Assembly: GCA_050084985.1 (NCBI GenBank)
Contig: JBITNC010000001.1
Location: 180,172,001 to 180,236,000 of the forward strand
Direction: 5' to 3'
Length of the DNA stretch: 64,000 bases
DNA from: Nageia nagi
Taxonomy: Eukaryota; Plantae; Pinophyta
In this document: one piece after another, positions 49,501 to 62,383 of the stretch
How positions within the stretch are numbered: the first letter of the stretch is position 1
Layout: the number at the start of each line of letters is the position of its first letter
Translations under genes and position numbers: made by a program
The notes under the pieces: generated by a model
Database searches by the model: none
What the model was told of the DNA's origin: nothing
Seen by the model: only the letters and a program-made list of their open reading frames with translations

Positions 49501-52000
49501 TCACTTAATCAACATCATTTACAACATTGCCCTATTGTTTCTTCATTATGGTCGATTTTATTTCCACTCCCTTTTATTTTGAGGGTTTTTTCCCTTTTTA
49601 TTTTTTATTCTTATTGCTCGAAGAGCCTTTACCAAAATAATTGTACCAATAATCCTGTAATTCATTCCCTTTCTTGAAATTTTTGCCTTTACCTTTCTAC
49701 TGAAAAGGTTTCTTGCATCTTTGATTGGATACCATGTCTTGTTCCTCTTCATGGGAATTTGTATGAGAAGCTTCTTGTTATTGCAATATGTTTACTAACT
49801 CTTCAAAGTTAGGTGTTTCCTTTAAGATGTTTAATATCAACACAAAGGTACGATATTTCTTCTAGAGTGCTCTTAAGATAATGGATACAAGGAGTGTATA
49901 TTCCACCTCTTCACCTAATTCAAATAGGGAGGCATGATGTTCCATAACTTTGCGAAGAAAGGATTCAATTTGTTCACCACTTTTTAGTTTAAGGGTGTGT
50001 AATTATCCTTGCAAATGTAAGATTTGATTTTTATTTTTTGAGGCAAACAATTGTTGCAATTTCTTCCATGTTGTTGCAGCATCTTTGGAGTTTTGAACAT
50101 GAGGTTGTACATCATCTGAAATGCTAAGAAGGATGATCATGCAAGCTTTCCTACTTCTATGAATTGGGAAATAAATTTTTTGGGGTTGTCTGGGCCATGT
50201 TTACTTTTCAAGTTTCAATCTTCAATTTCATCGATTTGAAAAACAATCACTCTCTTTGTCGGAGTGTGCAAAAGTTTTTATCTCCCCTTTTCAAATGTAC
50301 CTTCAAAATATTTTGCACCTCCAAGGTATTAATTACTTGAGTTTGGCATAAAATATAATTAAATACCTTTAATTTTGATCATATGCTAATTTTGAATTTT
50401 GCACATGTCAAAATAAAATTTTTAAATTGTTTTGAAGGGATTTGAACACTTGATCACTCTTACATAATGTTGGTGCTTTGCTAATGCAACAAAGGCTCAA
50501 CCTTGATTAATTATCAACTTGGGTTATTTTTATCTCCAAATTTGTCTTGCTCACTTGAAATAAGTATACTATGTCACCAAATTTATTTTTTGTTGGACAT
50601 GATTTGGAAAAAAATTTAGCCTCTTCAAGTTTTAATAATTGTTGTTGGACAAAAATTTTTGTGTTGGGTAAATATTTATTATTGAATATAAATTTATTTA
50701 ATCTCCTCCTTCATTATTTCACGTTCTCTTCAATAATGAAATCTCCTCTCCATTGTTTTTGTTGGGTAAGTATTGAAAATGTCTTCCTCTAAACTTTGAT
50801 ATTGTCTCCCAAAAAATGTAGAGAATACAAATAATTTTAATTCTTCAATTTCATTGGATGGAGTGGACATGAAATAATATCCAATTTATTTTCAGACGTT
50901 ACATTGTTTGGATGATGCTCTTTCTATTGTATCAAATTTTTTTTTTTTGCAAATATTATACTTTTTAATTCTTTCCAACCATTGGTTGGGGCTGCATTAA
51001 TCAATGGCAGACTGATTCTGAAGGAGAAGAACCTCATTTGCAAAGGGCCTCACGGAACAACAACGTGAGTCCAACCAGATCCATTCACTTTCGTAACTTC
51101 TCGCTGGAAGTCAAGTGCTGCTGGGCACGTACAAGAGGAGTAGTGTTCAAAGGGCTGGAGACGCTGCTATGCTTTTGAAACACCGGTAGGGTGGACATGC
51201 ACTGTTGGGTAGCGAACGTGGCTTTGTTTTTTTTTTTTTTAAGAGAGGGACAGGCTGAAACGCATGATTGGGCTGGTATTTACACTATTATTTATGCTCT
51301 TCAACATGCCTTCCAACTCTAGATTGTATTGCAAGCAGTGTGTGTTCGCTACAAAAACTCTACGTGTGGCGCTAGGATGGGATACCTACGTACGCCAAGT
51401 AAAATAACCAAGAGAGGTTGCGTAGGGAAGCATGGAAGGACCGTGTGGGGGTCTTTTGTTGGTTGCACTAATGTTCTATGAGGAGGTATTTGTGCAATAA
51501 TATGATTACATCGTATTTTGATAAATATTGGAATTTCACATAAATAAGACATAGTTTTACATTGCAACAATCAAGATGTATTGAAATTAGTTCGAAATCT
51601 TTGTTTTCATGAACAAATCAAACACATTGAAATACAGGTGCATTTCATTTGGGATCATGTTTCACTACACAATATTCAACTCTAGTACATTTTTATGAAA
51701 GAGAAAATTGCAGATGTCTTCACCAAATCTCTTAATAGTGGAAAGTTTGAATACTTTCAGAGCTTCCTCTCATGTCCTCTAAAGACCTAATGTAATATGG
51801 GGGTATTAGAAATAATACATTAGATAATAGGTATCTACAATAATGTAAAGGCTATTTAATAATAATAGCCTAGTTAATAGTTAATGGTATTTAATAATTA
51901 GGGTTTATGGTTAATAATGTTATTGTATGAGAATGATTCTTGATATTATATTTAAACCCTTCATGTTCAATAATGAATTAATTCTTGCTTCTCTCCAATA
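46550..52000 (+). mobile_element. Ty1/copia element with short LTRs and an inverted internal segment
   Basis: Direct LTRs at 46550-46741 and 51804-52000, TSD GTCTA/GTATA, + strand PPT and RNase H C-terminus (51480-51790). Gag, PR, IN, RT and the RNase H N-terminus are on the - strand (50170 to 46745). Confidence 0.88.
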
Positions 52001-52088
52001 GTATAAGCATTAGAAATTGTTAAGTCCAAGGTGAAAGCCCAAGAAGGTGTCTAAGCATAGATAAGCCCTAGAAGGTGTCTAGGCATTA

Positions 52089-53135
52089 TTGTTTTGATAT
52101 TATTATAAGTTCCTTAGTCTTTATCTTGGGTTATTTCCATGAGAAGAAATCCATCATCTTCATAACCAAGATAAAGAGGGGGAAAGATAAAATTGGGGTA
52201 TCCAAGTTACTACTATGACAATAAAATTCAGGGAGTGTTTTCTTACTTGAACTTTGTTATACTTTGAATTATGCTTTGATTTTCTTAATTCCTAAAAGTA
52301 TCAAAACATATTTAAAGTGAGGCATTTGTTAACATCTAAAAAGTAATTTTAATTTAATTAAAATACACCTTTTAAGTATTTGAAATGAATTATTTATTTA
52401 AGTGATTTGATGTTATTTTTATTGTATACTCTCATTACCTTCATATTTTATTGGCAACAGATCGACCCAAAGATAAGCCTAAGAAGTTATCTTGGCATAG
52501 ATAAGCTCTAGAAGGTGTCTAGACATTAGAGATTGATAATTACAACATGAAAGGCTTGGCACATACCTATTGCATATAAAGGAAGGTAAGGGTTATGCAT
52601 CATAGATTATGACATAATCTAGATCCTTGATAGGTGGTACATATATTGGTTCTATTGATGGGTTTTTCTCAATACCACCTATCATATCTGAATTTTGTTA
52701 TACTTCACAAATATTACATTCATGCAATCTTTCAACCTACCATACATAAGTAATCTATCTTTGGAGAGGGCCTCTTGACAACAACTGAAAGTTCTAACAA
52801 TTTCAGTATGGGACACCAAGCGACGATGCTCCATGCTAAGCATTGATGCTTTGTGGAGGTTAGGTTTGGTGCTCCCATTCATGGGAATAATTCATTATTG
52901 ACTTCTTTCAGCTAGGTGTGAGCTATGATCCTCATGACAGGTAAAGTAATTTGTTTGTAAGTTCATTTGAATTCAGATTTGATAGGTTAAGGTTAATTGA
53001 ATATTTGAGATTATTGCTATCTTCATATTAGATTACTTTAGTCAGTAATAGGAATATGATCTCTAAATTTTACTATTATTGGTTATAATTCAATATTATA
53101 ATTAACCCTAATAATTAACCATAAATTAATTATAG
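52089..53135 (+). repeat. ~1-kb LTR-like repeat family X, copy 1 (partial copy at 46366-46549 plus 52006-52088)
   Basis: Aligns end to end with 60561-61620. Contains a TATA box and conserved hairpins. Confidence 0.8.
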
Positions 53136-53979
53136 TTATTAATTTAAAAAATTATTCCACTACAAATTTTCAATTATGAAGAAAAATAAGAAAAATGAAA
53201 AAAGATTTGGACCTGGTGGTCCTTATTCAAAGAATTATCAACCAAATTTCTATGTCCCTCCTTTGTAGTGATTTGTTGAGACATGATGCTAGAATCTTTA
53301 TCCAATCACACTATAGAGGACTAAACCTAACTTAAAACTTGAATTTCCCTAGTTCATTCTCTTCCCAAAACTTAGGATTGTAGAATTGAGAATGTACAAA
53401 TGAATGGCAATTTGGTATATTAATAAAGTTAGAATTAAATGCTTTTTATGACAATAATATGAATGTATGTAATATTAAATTTTGGCATATTTTGCAATGC
53501 AAACATCATAAATTTGGATGTGTGAATTATTTTTTATTTTGTCAAAATCTCCATGTTGGAGTGACATCATTAGGGCCTGAGTGGTGTCACTCATTGTAGG
53601 TACTTAGAAAATTTCAAATTTGATCTCGGCCTTTAGTGAAAATGATGAATTATTTAAAACTGGTAGTTGATTGTAAACAAGTCAATATTTGTCAAAAAAA
53701 TCCAAACTAGGGGAGGTTGGCCTACTGCTAAGTAAATGGTCGTAAAATTCAAGAAACATAATAGTATTGCAAAATGAGAATGCATGTTCAATTAGTCTCC
53801 ATTTTTTAGGATATTCAATTCAAAATTCAAAGTATTTTAGTAAGGATTAACAGGTGACTCAGCTTAGGATATGATGATATTTTCAAAAAATGTTTGAAAT
53901 AAGGACTTCATAATAGGTCCACCATGGCTTATTACAATAAAATTATTTATGATATGATTGATGCATAGAAGTTGATAAT

Positions 53980-56900
53980 TGATCCGTACTCATCGGATAC
54001 TTATAGCATACTTAGATCCTCACTTACATATTCAAATGAAAATAGTTAACCATTATGAGATCATACAAATTGCATATAAATTTGAAAAATTACATAATGT
54101 GAATCACAAACTAGCAATTTCAAGCACATAACAAGATCAACATAATGATTTTACCTTGGTTCACCTAATGTGGGCTAATCCAACATGGAATTGGAGCCTT
54201 CTCTTCTTATTATCTATGGACATTACAATACTACATGCATAGATAAATACCATCAACAAAATGATAATACAATCTTCTATAATTACTGCAATCTCCTACA
54301 GCAAGAAGAAACAATCTTAGAACTACAACAATTCTAGAATGACTCTTAGTCTTCCTTCAAACTATTACAATTCTAAAATCCCAAAACTCTACAATTCTCT
54401 CTCCCTTGAGAGTCAAGAATAAGATACACCTTTAAATAAGGCTTTAGAACACATTGAAATGTTGACCAAGGAACCTAAACTACTTATTCTCCTTAAATGC
54501 CATTGCATCTTCAAATACCCCCTGCTGACTCATCAAGATGCACACTATTAGTAACCTAAAAATAGTATTTTGCACATCGTTAATAGCCTAAAATTGAATA
54601 CCAAAAATCTTTAGATTTTGATCTTCGATCTATCTCCAAGCACATATACCTCCGAATTGAGTATTGGTCTTGAAAAAGACAACCTAACACATAATCAAAT
54701 TCATATTACACCTTCCCAATGGAGAAGCATTTGGTCCCACAAATGCATAGATGAGGATACAACTCCCAAACTCTAGACTTGTCCATCCACTTAACTTTAT
54801 TAGGCTTCTTTCATTTCAATCCAACCAGCCACAGCTCTATCTCACCTCTTCTTGTAGCACAAACCTTCTTTTGCAATATGGAATCCTCCTTGAGTTCATC
54901 CATAGTATTAGGAGCTAAGTCAACAAGAGATGACAAAATCTAATCTGAACTTGGTTTATCTTCAATCAACATAGATGGCTCATATAATTTCAAATGTTCA
55001 ACATTCACAATTGAATAGATGTTCATATATGTCAGAAGATCCAATCTAAAAGCATTCTCACTTACTTGCTCCATAATCTCAAATGGTCCATACCTTATAG
55101 GTTTCAACTTCTTGGTTGGTTCTTGCAACCTCTCCTTACTAAGATGCAACCAAACATGCTCTCCCATATGAAACTTATAGTCAACTCTATGTTGTCTCAT
55201 CTTGTACTTGGCTTAGCTTGTCTCAAGTTGCTCTTGGACTTTCAAATGAATTTACTTAATCTTTTCAACAAATTTTTCAGCTTACTTTTCCTCTTTCTCA
55301 AGAGAATCTTCTTCATCTCTTTGCTTCCCAAACACACAATCAGAAAGTGAAGGTGGTAAATAACCAAAATAAGTCTTAAAAGGACTCTTATTGATGGAAG
55401 AATGAATTGCCTTATTATATGTATGTTGGATATATTCAAGATGTTCATCTCAAGACTTAGGATGCTTGCCACAATAACCCCTCAAGAGTTGAACTAGTAT
55501 CCTATTCACCACCTTGATTTTTCCATCCATTTGAAGGTGAAAGCAAATACTCCTCTTCAACCTTGTATCAATATTTTCCCACAAACATGTCCAAAACTCT
55601 ACCAAAAATCTACTATCTCTATTTGAAACAATGGAATTAGGCAATCCAAAACGAATCCAAACATGAGAAAAGAATAAATTGGCAGCATCTTTTCTTATTA
55701 TAGTTTTTTTATATGGAATCAAAACACACATCTTACGAAATCTATCCATAACAACAAATAAATAGTCATGACCCTTCTTAGTCATAGGCAATCCTCTTAC
55801 AAAATCCATTGAGATACACTTCCATGGATGTGAAGGTACTGGAAGTGGCTGATACAAACCCAATTTTTTGTTACTTAGATTGCTAGTGCAACATAAAGAA
55901 CACCCCCTTATGTACTTGGCAACTTGATCTTACATCTTTGGCCAATATGCACACCTTTGCAAATTATACAATATCTTTCCAACCTTAAAATGTCCTACAA
56001 TCTTCGAAGTATGTGCTTTTCTAATCAGTCCAATTCTTTCACCTACAAGTACACATAATGCACTAAAATAATAAAGAAGTCCATTTTGCAAATGAAATTT
56101 ATTCAAACCCTCATACTTAGACCTAGATGAAGACAACTGCTTATACACCTCTTCGAAGTTTGGATCCTACACATATGCCTCTAAAAATGATTAAGATAGA
56201 AAAAGAAGAAATTTCAACACTGAGAGGGAACTCACTGGACTTTATTTGCATGTCAGTAATGGTCCAAAATTAGTGCTACATGCTGATGATGGCATGGAAT
56301 CTATAGTTACAAGTGGCCTAGAAAGTATGTTAGCAACCTTATTATGTGTTCATTTCTTATACTTGATCATTAGATGAAATTATTGCTGAAAACCCATCCA
56401 TCTATAGTGTCTAGTTTATTACAATTTTGATTGAGTTTGTAAATACTTTAATGGTTTATGATTAGTATGAATGATTGTTTCTTTTTCCATTAAGTAATGT
56501 TCTAATTTTTAACAACTTGAATCAATGCATACATTTCTTTATCATAAGTAGGATAATTCAAAATAGCCCCATTAAAATTTTTAAAATGATAGCAAATTGG
56601 TTTATCTTCTTGTAACAAAATAGCTCCCATGGCATAGTCACTTGCATCAGTATCCACTTCAAATGGTTGCTACAAACTAAGAAGTGCTAGCACATGTGCA
56701 CTAATAATCTTTTGCTTCAAAGTGTCAAAAGATATTTGTTGTTGTTTTTCCCATTGGAAAACTTGCCTCTTGTCGGTTACATTATGTATAAGTGAAGCAA
56801 TATGAGAAAAATCAATAATAAACTTTCTCAAATATTGGACAGCTCCTAAGAAACTCCTCACTTCAGTTACATTACATGGCCTTGACCAATCTACTATAAC

Positions 56901-59900
56901 ACTTACTTTACTAGGATCTATCTTAAGCTATCTATGACTAATAACATGGCCCAAATACACCAAAGACTCTTTGCCAAACTCACATTTTAAATGTTTCAAT
57001 AACAACTTCTCCCTATGCAAAGTTTGAAACACTTATCTAATATGTACAACATGTTCTTTCCAAGTAGAACTATAAATAAGAATATCATCCAAGTATACAA
57101 TAATAAAAAAATTAATAAATAGATGAAGTACATCATTCATTACCCTCATAAAAGTAGCTGGTGCATTGCATAAACCAAATGGCAAAACAAACCACTCAAA
57201 TAGGTCTTATCTTGTCTTGAAAGTAGTCTTCCAAATGTCCTCCTTCTTGATTCTAACTTGGTGATATCCACTCCTCAAGTCCAATTTTGTGAAGAATCTT
57301 ACCCCTTGCAATTGATCCTAAAGATCATCTATCTAAGGCAAAGGATAGTGATTTTTTATGGTGATTTTATTTAGTGCTCTATAGTCAATGCACATTCTCT
57401 AAATTTGATCCTTCTTGAGAACCAAAAAAATAGGTGATCCACATGGAGATGTACTTGGTTTGATCACACCTTGATCAACCAACTCCTGAATCTACCTCCT
57501 TATCTTCCCTTACTTCAAAACTGATTGCCGATACAAAGCTATGTTAGGTAATGAAGCATTAGGTAACAAATGAATATCATGTTGTATATCTCGCATAGGA
57601 GGTAATCCCTATGGCTCTGCAAATAAGTTAGTAAACTCCCAAACCAAATCTTGCATCTATTCCTTTCTTTTGTACATTGCTAATGGCATGAAATTAGTAT
57701 TACATGTCATTTTCATACCATTGATAGCATGAGATTCACATCACTCGAGGCTCTTATTTTCACCATGATCAAAATAAAAAATTTAGAAGCATTCACAAGA
57801 TGTTTTACATGACTAGCAGTGATCAAAGGTAGTTTTTTCTTACTTTTATGTGCACTAGCTTGAAACATCTTTCCATCTTTCACCAATTGTAATTTGTTCA
57901 ATCTTATGTAATAAATACCATCTCTATCCCACATGTAAGGGTTTTCAAGAATAACACCACAAATGGATAAAGAAACAACATCAACCATGACTTCATCAAT
58001 GTACTATGCACAAATAGCAAATTTCAACTTACATTATTTAGTGACTTGCAAACTAGCATTGTGATGCACCCAACCCAAAGGATATGGACTTGGATGGTTG
58101 AAAGTTTCCAATCCTAAATTACTTATCATAATCTTTGAAATCAAATTTGGTTGAGAACCCTGATCAATAATGCAATCTACTTTGGTTTTTTTAATTTGGA
58201 TTTTGAAGTGGAATAATTGAATCCTTTGCTCTTCAATGTCTTGAGGCTCTTCAACCTTTTGAATGGATGAATAATTTACTTTCTCATCAATATTTAAACT
58301 ACCCTCAATATCATCACATCTAAGAACCATAGCATTAGTTTTCTACTTATTCTTATGCTTATATGGACGTAATTCTAGATGCAATTTTTAACATTTATCA
58401 TCACATGACCATCTTTATCACAATGACTACAATGTCTACCATCACCTTCTTTCTTTGAAATATTAGTGGTCTTAGTTTCTTGCTTACCTTTGCCTTTATC
58501 TTGATATTTACCCTTTTCATGTCCTCCCCTTGAATTAGAATCCTTCTTGGATTCATCCTATTATCTCCTTGCTTTACCATCCTCCTCTAATTATTGTGCT
58601 TGCGCACACACTTGGTCAAGATTAGTAGGATTAAACAATATGATAGTCTTTTGCAAATGAATATATAAACCTCCAATGTACTTCATTAAAGTTTGAGGAT
58701 CTTTTAGTGAAACCCTAAGCAAAGTAGCTTATTTCTTAAATTTTGTAGTTTATTCTTGAATATTTTGCCCTCTTTGTTGTAAAGAATTGCTATTTCATAA
58801 ATTATTTATTATGATGTCCTAATAAATAGAATTGATCTCTTAACAACTCCTTAAATTCATTCCAAGAAGATATTTTCGATAAGTATTCATGATTAAGAGT
58901 TTCTACATAGATTTCCCACCAAATTAAAGCATGTCCACTCATTTTTAATTTAGAAAAAAGAGATTTTATCAACATCATTTACAACACCATAAATTTGGAA
59001 ATAAACCTCCAATTATTTTAACCAATTGTTCACATTTTTTGCATCAATCTCACCTCCAAAAGTAGAAATGTCCACTTTGGCTTCCACCTTGAATGGAACT
59101 CTATTTGATGAAGATGATGAATCAAGTCTCCCAACTACATTATGATATCTCTGATTGATATTTGCATTTGCTCCAATAGCCAACAACTCAATCAAATGAT
59201 TCTCCATTATCAAAAACCTCCTTTAAAAATTGACATCCATCATGGTACAAATAATATACTATTGCTCCTCTGTATTATCCATTTCAGTCTCTATGCCCTT
59301 CCTACCAAAGATCCTCTGGAATCAATTGTGGTATTTGAAATCTCCTCCTAAACATTAAAAAATACAATGTTGGTGACTTGAAATACCTAAAAAGTTGGCC
59401 CCAAATTTGGCTCACACAAGCTCTGATACCACGTGATCCATAATCATTGGATGCTTATAACATACTTGGATCCTCACTTACAGATTCAAACAAAAATAAT
59501 TAACCATTATGAGATCATACAAATTGCATATAAATTTGAAAAATTGCACAATATGAATCACAAACTAGCAATCTCAAACACACAACAAGATCAACATAAT
59601 GATTTTACCTTAGTTCACCTAATGTAGGCTAATCCAACATGGAATTGGAGCCTTGTCTTCTCATTATATATGGACATTACAATACTACATGCATAGAGAA
59701 ATACAATCAATGCAATGGCAATACAATCTTCTACAATTACTACAATCTCCTATAGCAAGAAAAAACAATCTCAGAACTATAATAATTCTAGAATGACTCT
59801 TGGTATTCCTTCAAACTATTACGATTTTAAAAGCCTAAAACTCTACAATCATCTCTCCCTTGAGAATCAAGAATGAGATACACCATTAAATAAGCCTTCA

Positions 59901-60161
59901 GAACACTCTAAAATGTAGGCCAATGAACTTGAACTGCTTAGTCTCTTGAAACGCCACTGTCTCTTCAAATGCCCCCTGCAAACTTATCAAGATGCATGTT
60001 GTTAGTGACCTAAAAATAGTATTTGCCATGTTGTTGGTGTCCTAAAATTGAATGCCAAAAAACTCTAAATTTTGATCTTTGATCTATCTCCAAACACACA
60101 TACCTCTGGATTGAGTATTGCTCCTAAAAAGACAACCTAATACATAATCTAATTCGGATCA
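53980..60161 (-). mobile_element. Full-length decayed Ty3/gypsy retrotransposon
   Basis: LTRs at 53980-54708 and 59434-60161 (TGATCCG...CGGATCA), TSD ATAAT, PBS TGGTATCAGAGC at 59431-59420. Gag, PR (CIIDQGSQ), RT (VYLDDIL), RNase H (TDASDYA), IN (PWKCISMDF), GPF and chromodomain-like tail. Confidence 0.95.
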
Positions 60162-60560
60162 ATAATGGCCAATGTAAGCAATTGAGTTATACCAAGATTA
60201 GCTTTTTTTATATTATTGATGATTCAATGGTTATTCTTGATCAATGCATGCAATTGGGTGGTCTACATCAAGTTGAACCTTTGAGATATGATTATTGGTA
60301 ATCCCTCACAAATAAGTTGAGGTAGAAAGTCCTTAACTAGAGACATTTTATTTGTAAGCCCTCATCAATAAGTCGAGTCAACAAGTCCTTCTTCAAAGGG
60401 GAGGTAATTTATTAGTAAGACCTCATAATTAAGTTTAGGTAGCAAGTCCTTGAAAGAGAAGGAAATTTGTTGATAGGTTTGATTCATTTTGTTGCAAATG
60501 AGATACATTGAAATGATATTTAATGTCTGTATTTGAGATATTATATGTGGAAAAAGGTTT

Positions 60561-61620
60561 TTGTTTTGATATGATTGCAAGTTTATTTGTATTTATCTTA
60601 GGTTATTTCCATGAGAATAAATCCATAAGGTTCACAAACAATACAAACAGGAGGCAAGATATTGGTAAAAACTAAGGCATCCAAGTTGTCATTATGAAAA
60701 CAAAAATTAGGTAGTATTTTCTTACTTGATATTTGTTATACTTTGAATTATGCTTTGATTTCCTTTTGTGCTAAAAGTATCAAAACATATTCAAAGTGAT
60801 GCATCTATTAACACCTTAAAAGGAATTCTAATTTAATTAAAATACATATTTTAGATATTTGAATTGAATTATTTATTTAAGTGATTTAATGTTATTTTTA
60901 TTATGCACTCTCATTACCTTCATATTTTATTGGTAATAGGTCAACCCAAAGATAAGCCCAAGAATGTATCTTGGCATAGATAAGCCCTAGATGATGTATA
61001 GGTATTATAAATTTATAATTTCAAGATGAAACACTTAGTACAGAGCTATTGCCTATAAAGAAAGGAAAGGGTTTTGTATCATGGATCATGACATAATCTA
61101 GATCCTTGATAGGTGGTACACATATTAGTTCTATTGATCAATGTTTCTCTATACCACCTATCATATCTAGATTTTATTATACTTTACAATTATTGCATTC
61201 TTGTAATCTTTTGATCCATCGTATGTAAGCAGTCTAGACTTAAAGAGAGTTCCTCAATGATGATTGAAAGTTTTGATGATTTTCATGTGGGATGCTAAGC
61301 AATGACTCTCCATCTCGATCGATGTTGCTTCGCGAAGGATGGGTTTGGTGATCCCATTCATGGGAATAGTTCATCATTGACTTCTTTGAGCTAGGTGTGA
61401 GCTATGATCCTCATGAAAAGTAAAGTAATATATTTGTAAGTTCATTTGAATTATGATTTGATAGTTTAAGATTAATTGAATATCTAGGATCATTTTCATC
61501 TTCATATTGGATTTCTTTAGTCAATAATAGGATTGTAATATCTTAATTATGAAATTATTGGTTATAATTTAATATTATAACTAACCCTAATAATTAACCA
61601 TAAATTAATTATTTTGGTTA
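60561..61620 (+). repeat. LTR-like repeat family X, copy 2
   Basis: Direct repeat of 52089-53135. Confidence 0.8.
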
Positions 61621-61666
61621 TAATACATTCCATTATTTTAGTTGAATTTGATGCATACCCCATGTT

Positions 61667-61829
61667 AGGTGAAGTTAAATTACTTATGAGTTGTAATAAA
61701 AAAAAAGTATTGTTATTTCCTCCACCATGGAATTGTGTAATGAACTATACTACATTGTGATCCCATGGTGGAGGGCATAATGGTACTCTTTTATTTTATT
61801 ACAACTCATAAATAGTTTAATTTTTACCC
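61667..61829. mobile_element. Foldback MITE (Mutator-like)
   Basis: ~70-bp inverted arms (TTATGAGTTGTAATAAAA / TTTTATTACAACTCATAA; CCTCCACCATGG / CCATGGTGGAGG) flanked by an 8-9-bp direct repeat (C)CCCATGTT. Confidence 0.85.
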
Positions 61830-62383
61830 CCCATGTTGGCTTTTATAGTATTTCATGTTATCAAACTTTTGAATAAGATCCATCACTTAATTTCCATAGC
61901 TCTAAGCTTGAAGATATACTCTTAGTGCTCAAATTATCAATACAACTTGCAAGTAAATGCATTTGTTGGTATTGGTACTTGGAAATCACATATATCCTAT
62001 AAGTCATAGGCCTAGATATCAATGGACTATGTCCCTCTCAAATCTTAGATAGGACCTATAATTCTTGTATTAGAGATATAAACAAAAGGATTAAGAAGGA
62101 AATATACTTGACCTGCCCAAACATAATATGAATTGCACCAGAAAAAAATATTTTTACCAAAGCTTTTACATTATCTTCAAGTTTATATGAAACTAGATGT
62201 AAAGTCCCAAATTTTGTATCTATCTCATAAGAGATGCTTTGAATATGATATAACCTCTTTGGAGGAATGAATACTATAACTATAAGAGATATGCTTTTAA
62301 TTGAAGGAGACTTGGTATTTATGGAATAAATTAGGACATGTGGGACCTTATCATGAGGTTTGTTTGCCTAAGGAGGAGTTAAG

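Noticed and set aside
52760-52950. Hammerhead ribozyme (retrozyme) or Cassandra 5S domain in repeat X
   Set aside because: No CTGATGA..GAAA core, and only superficial similarity to 5S boxes.
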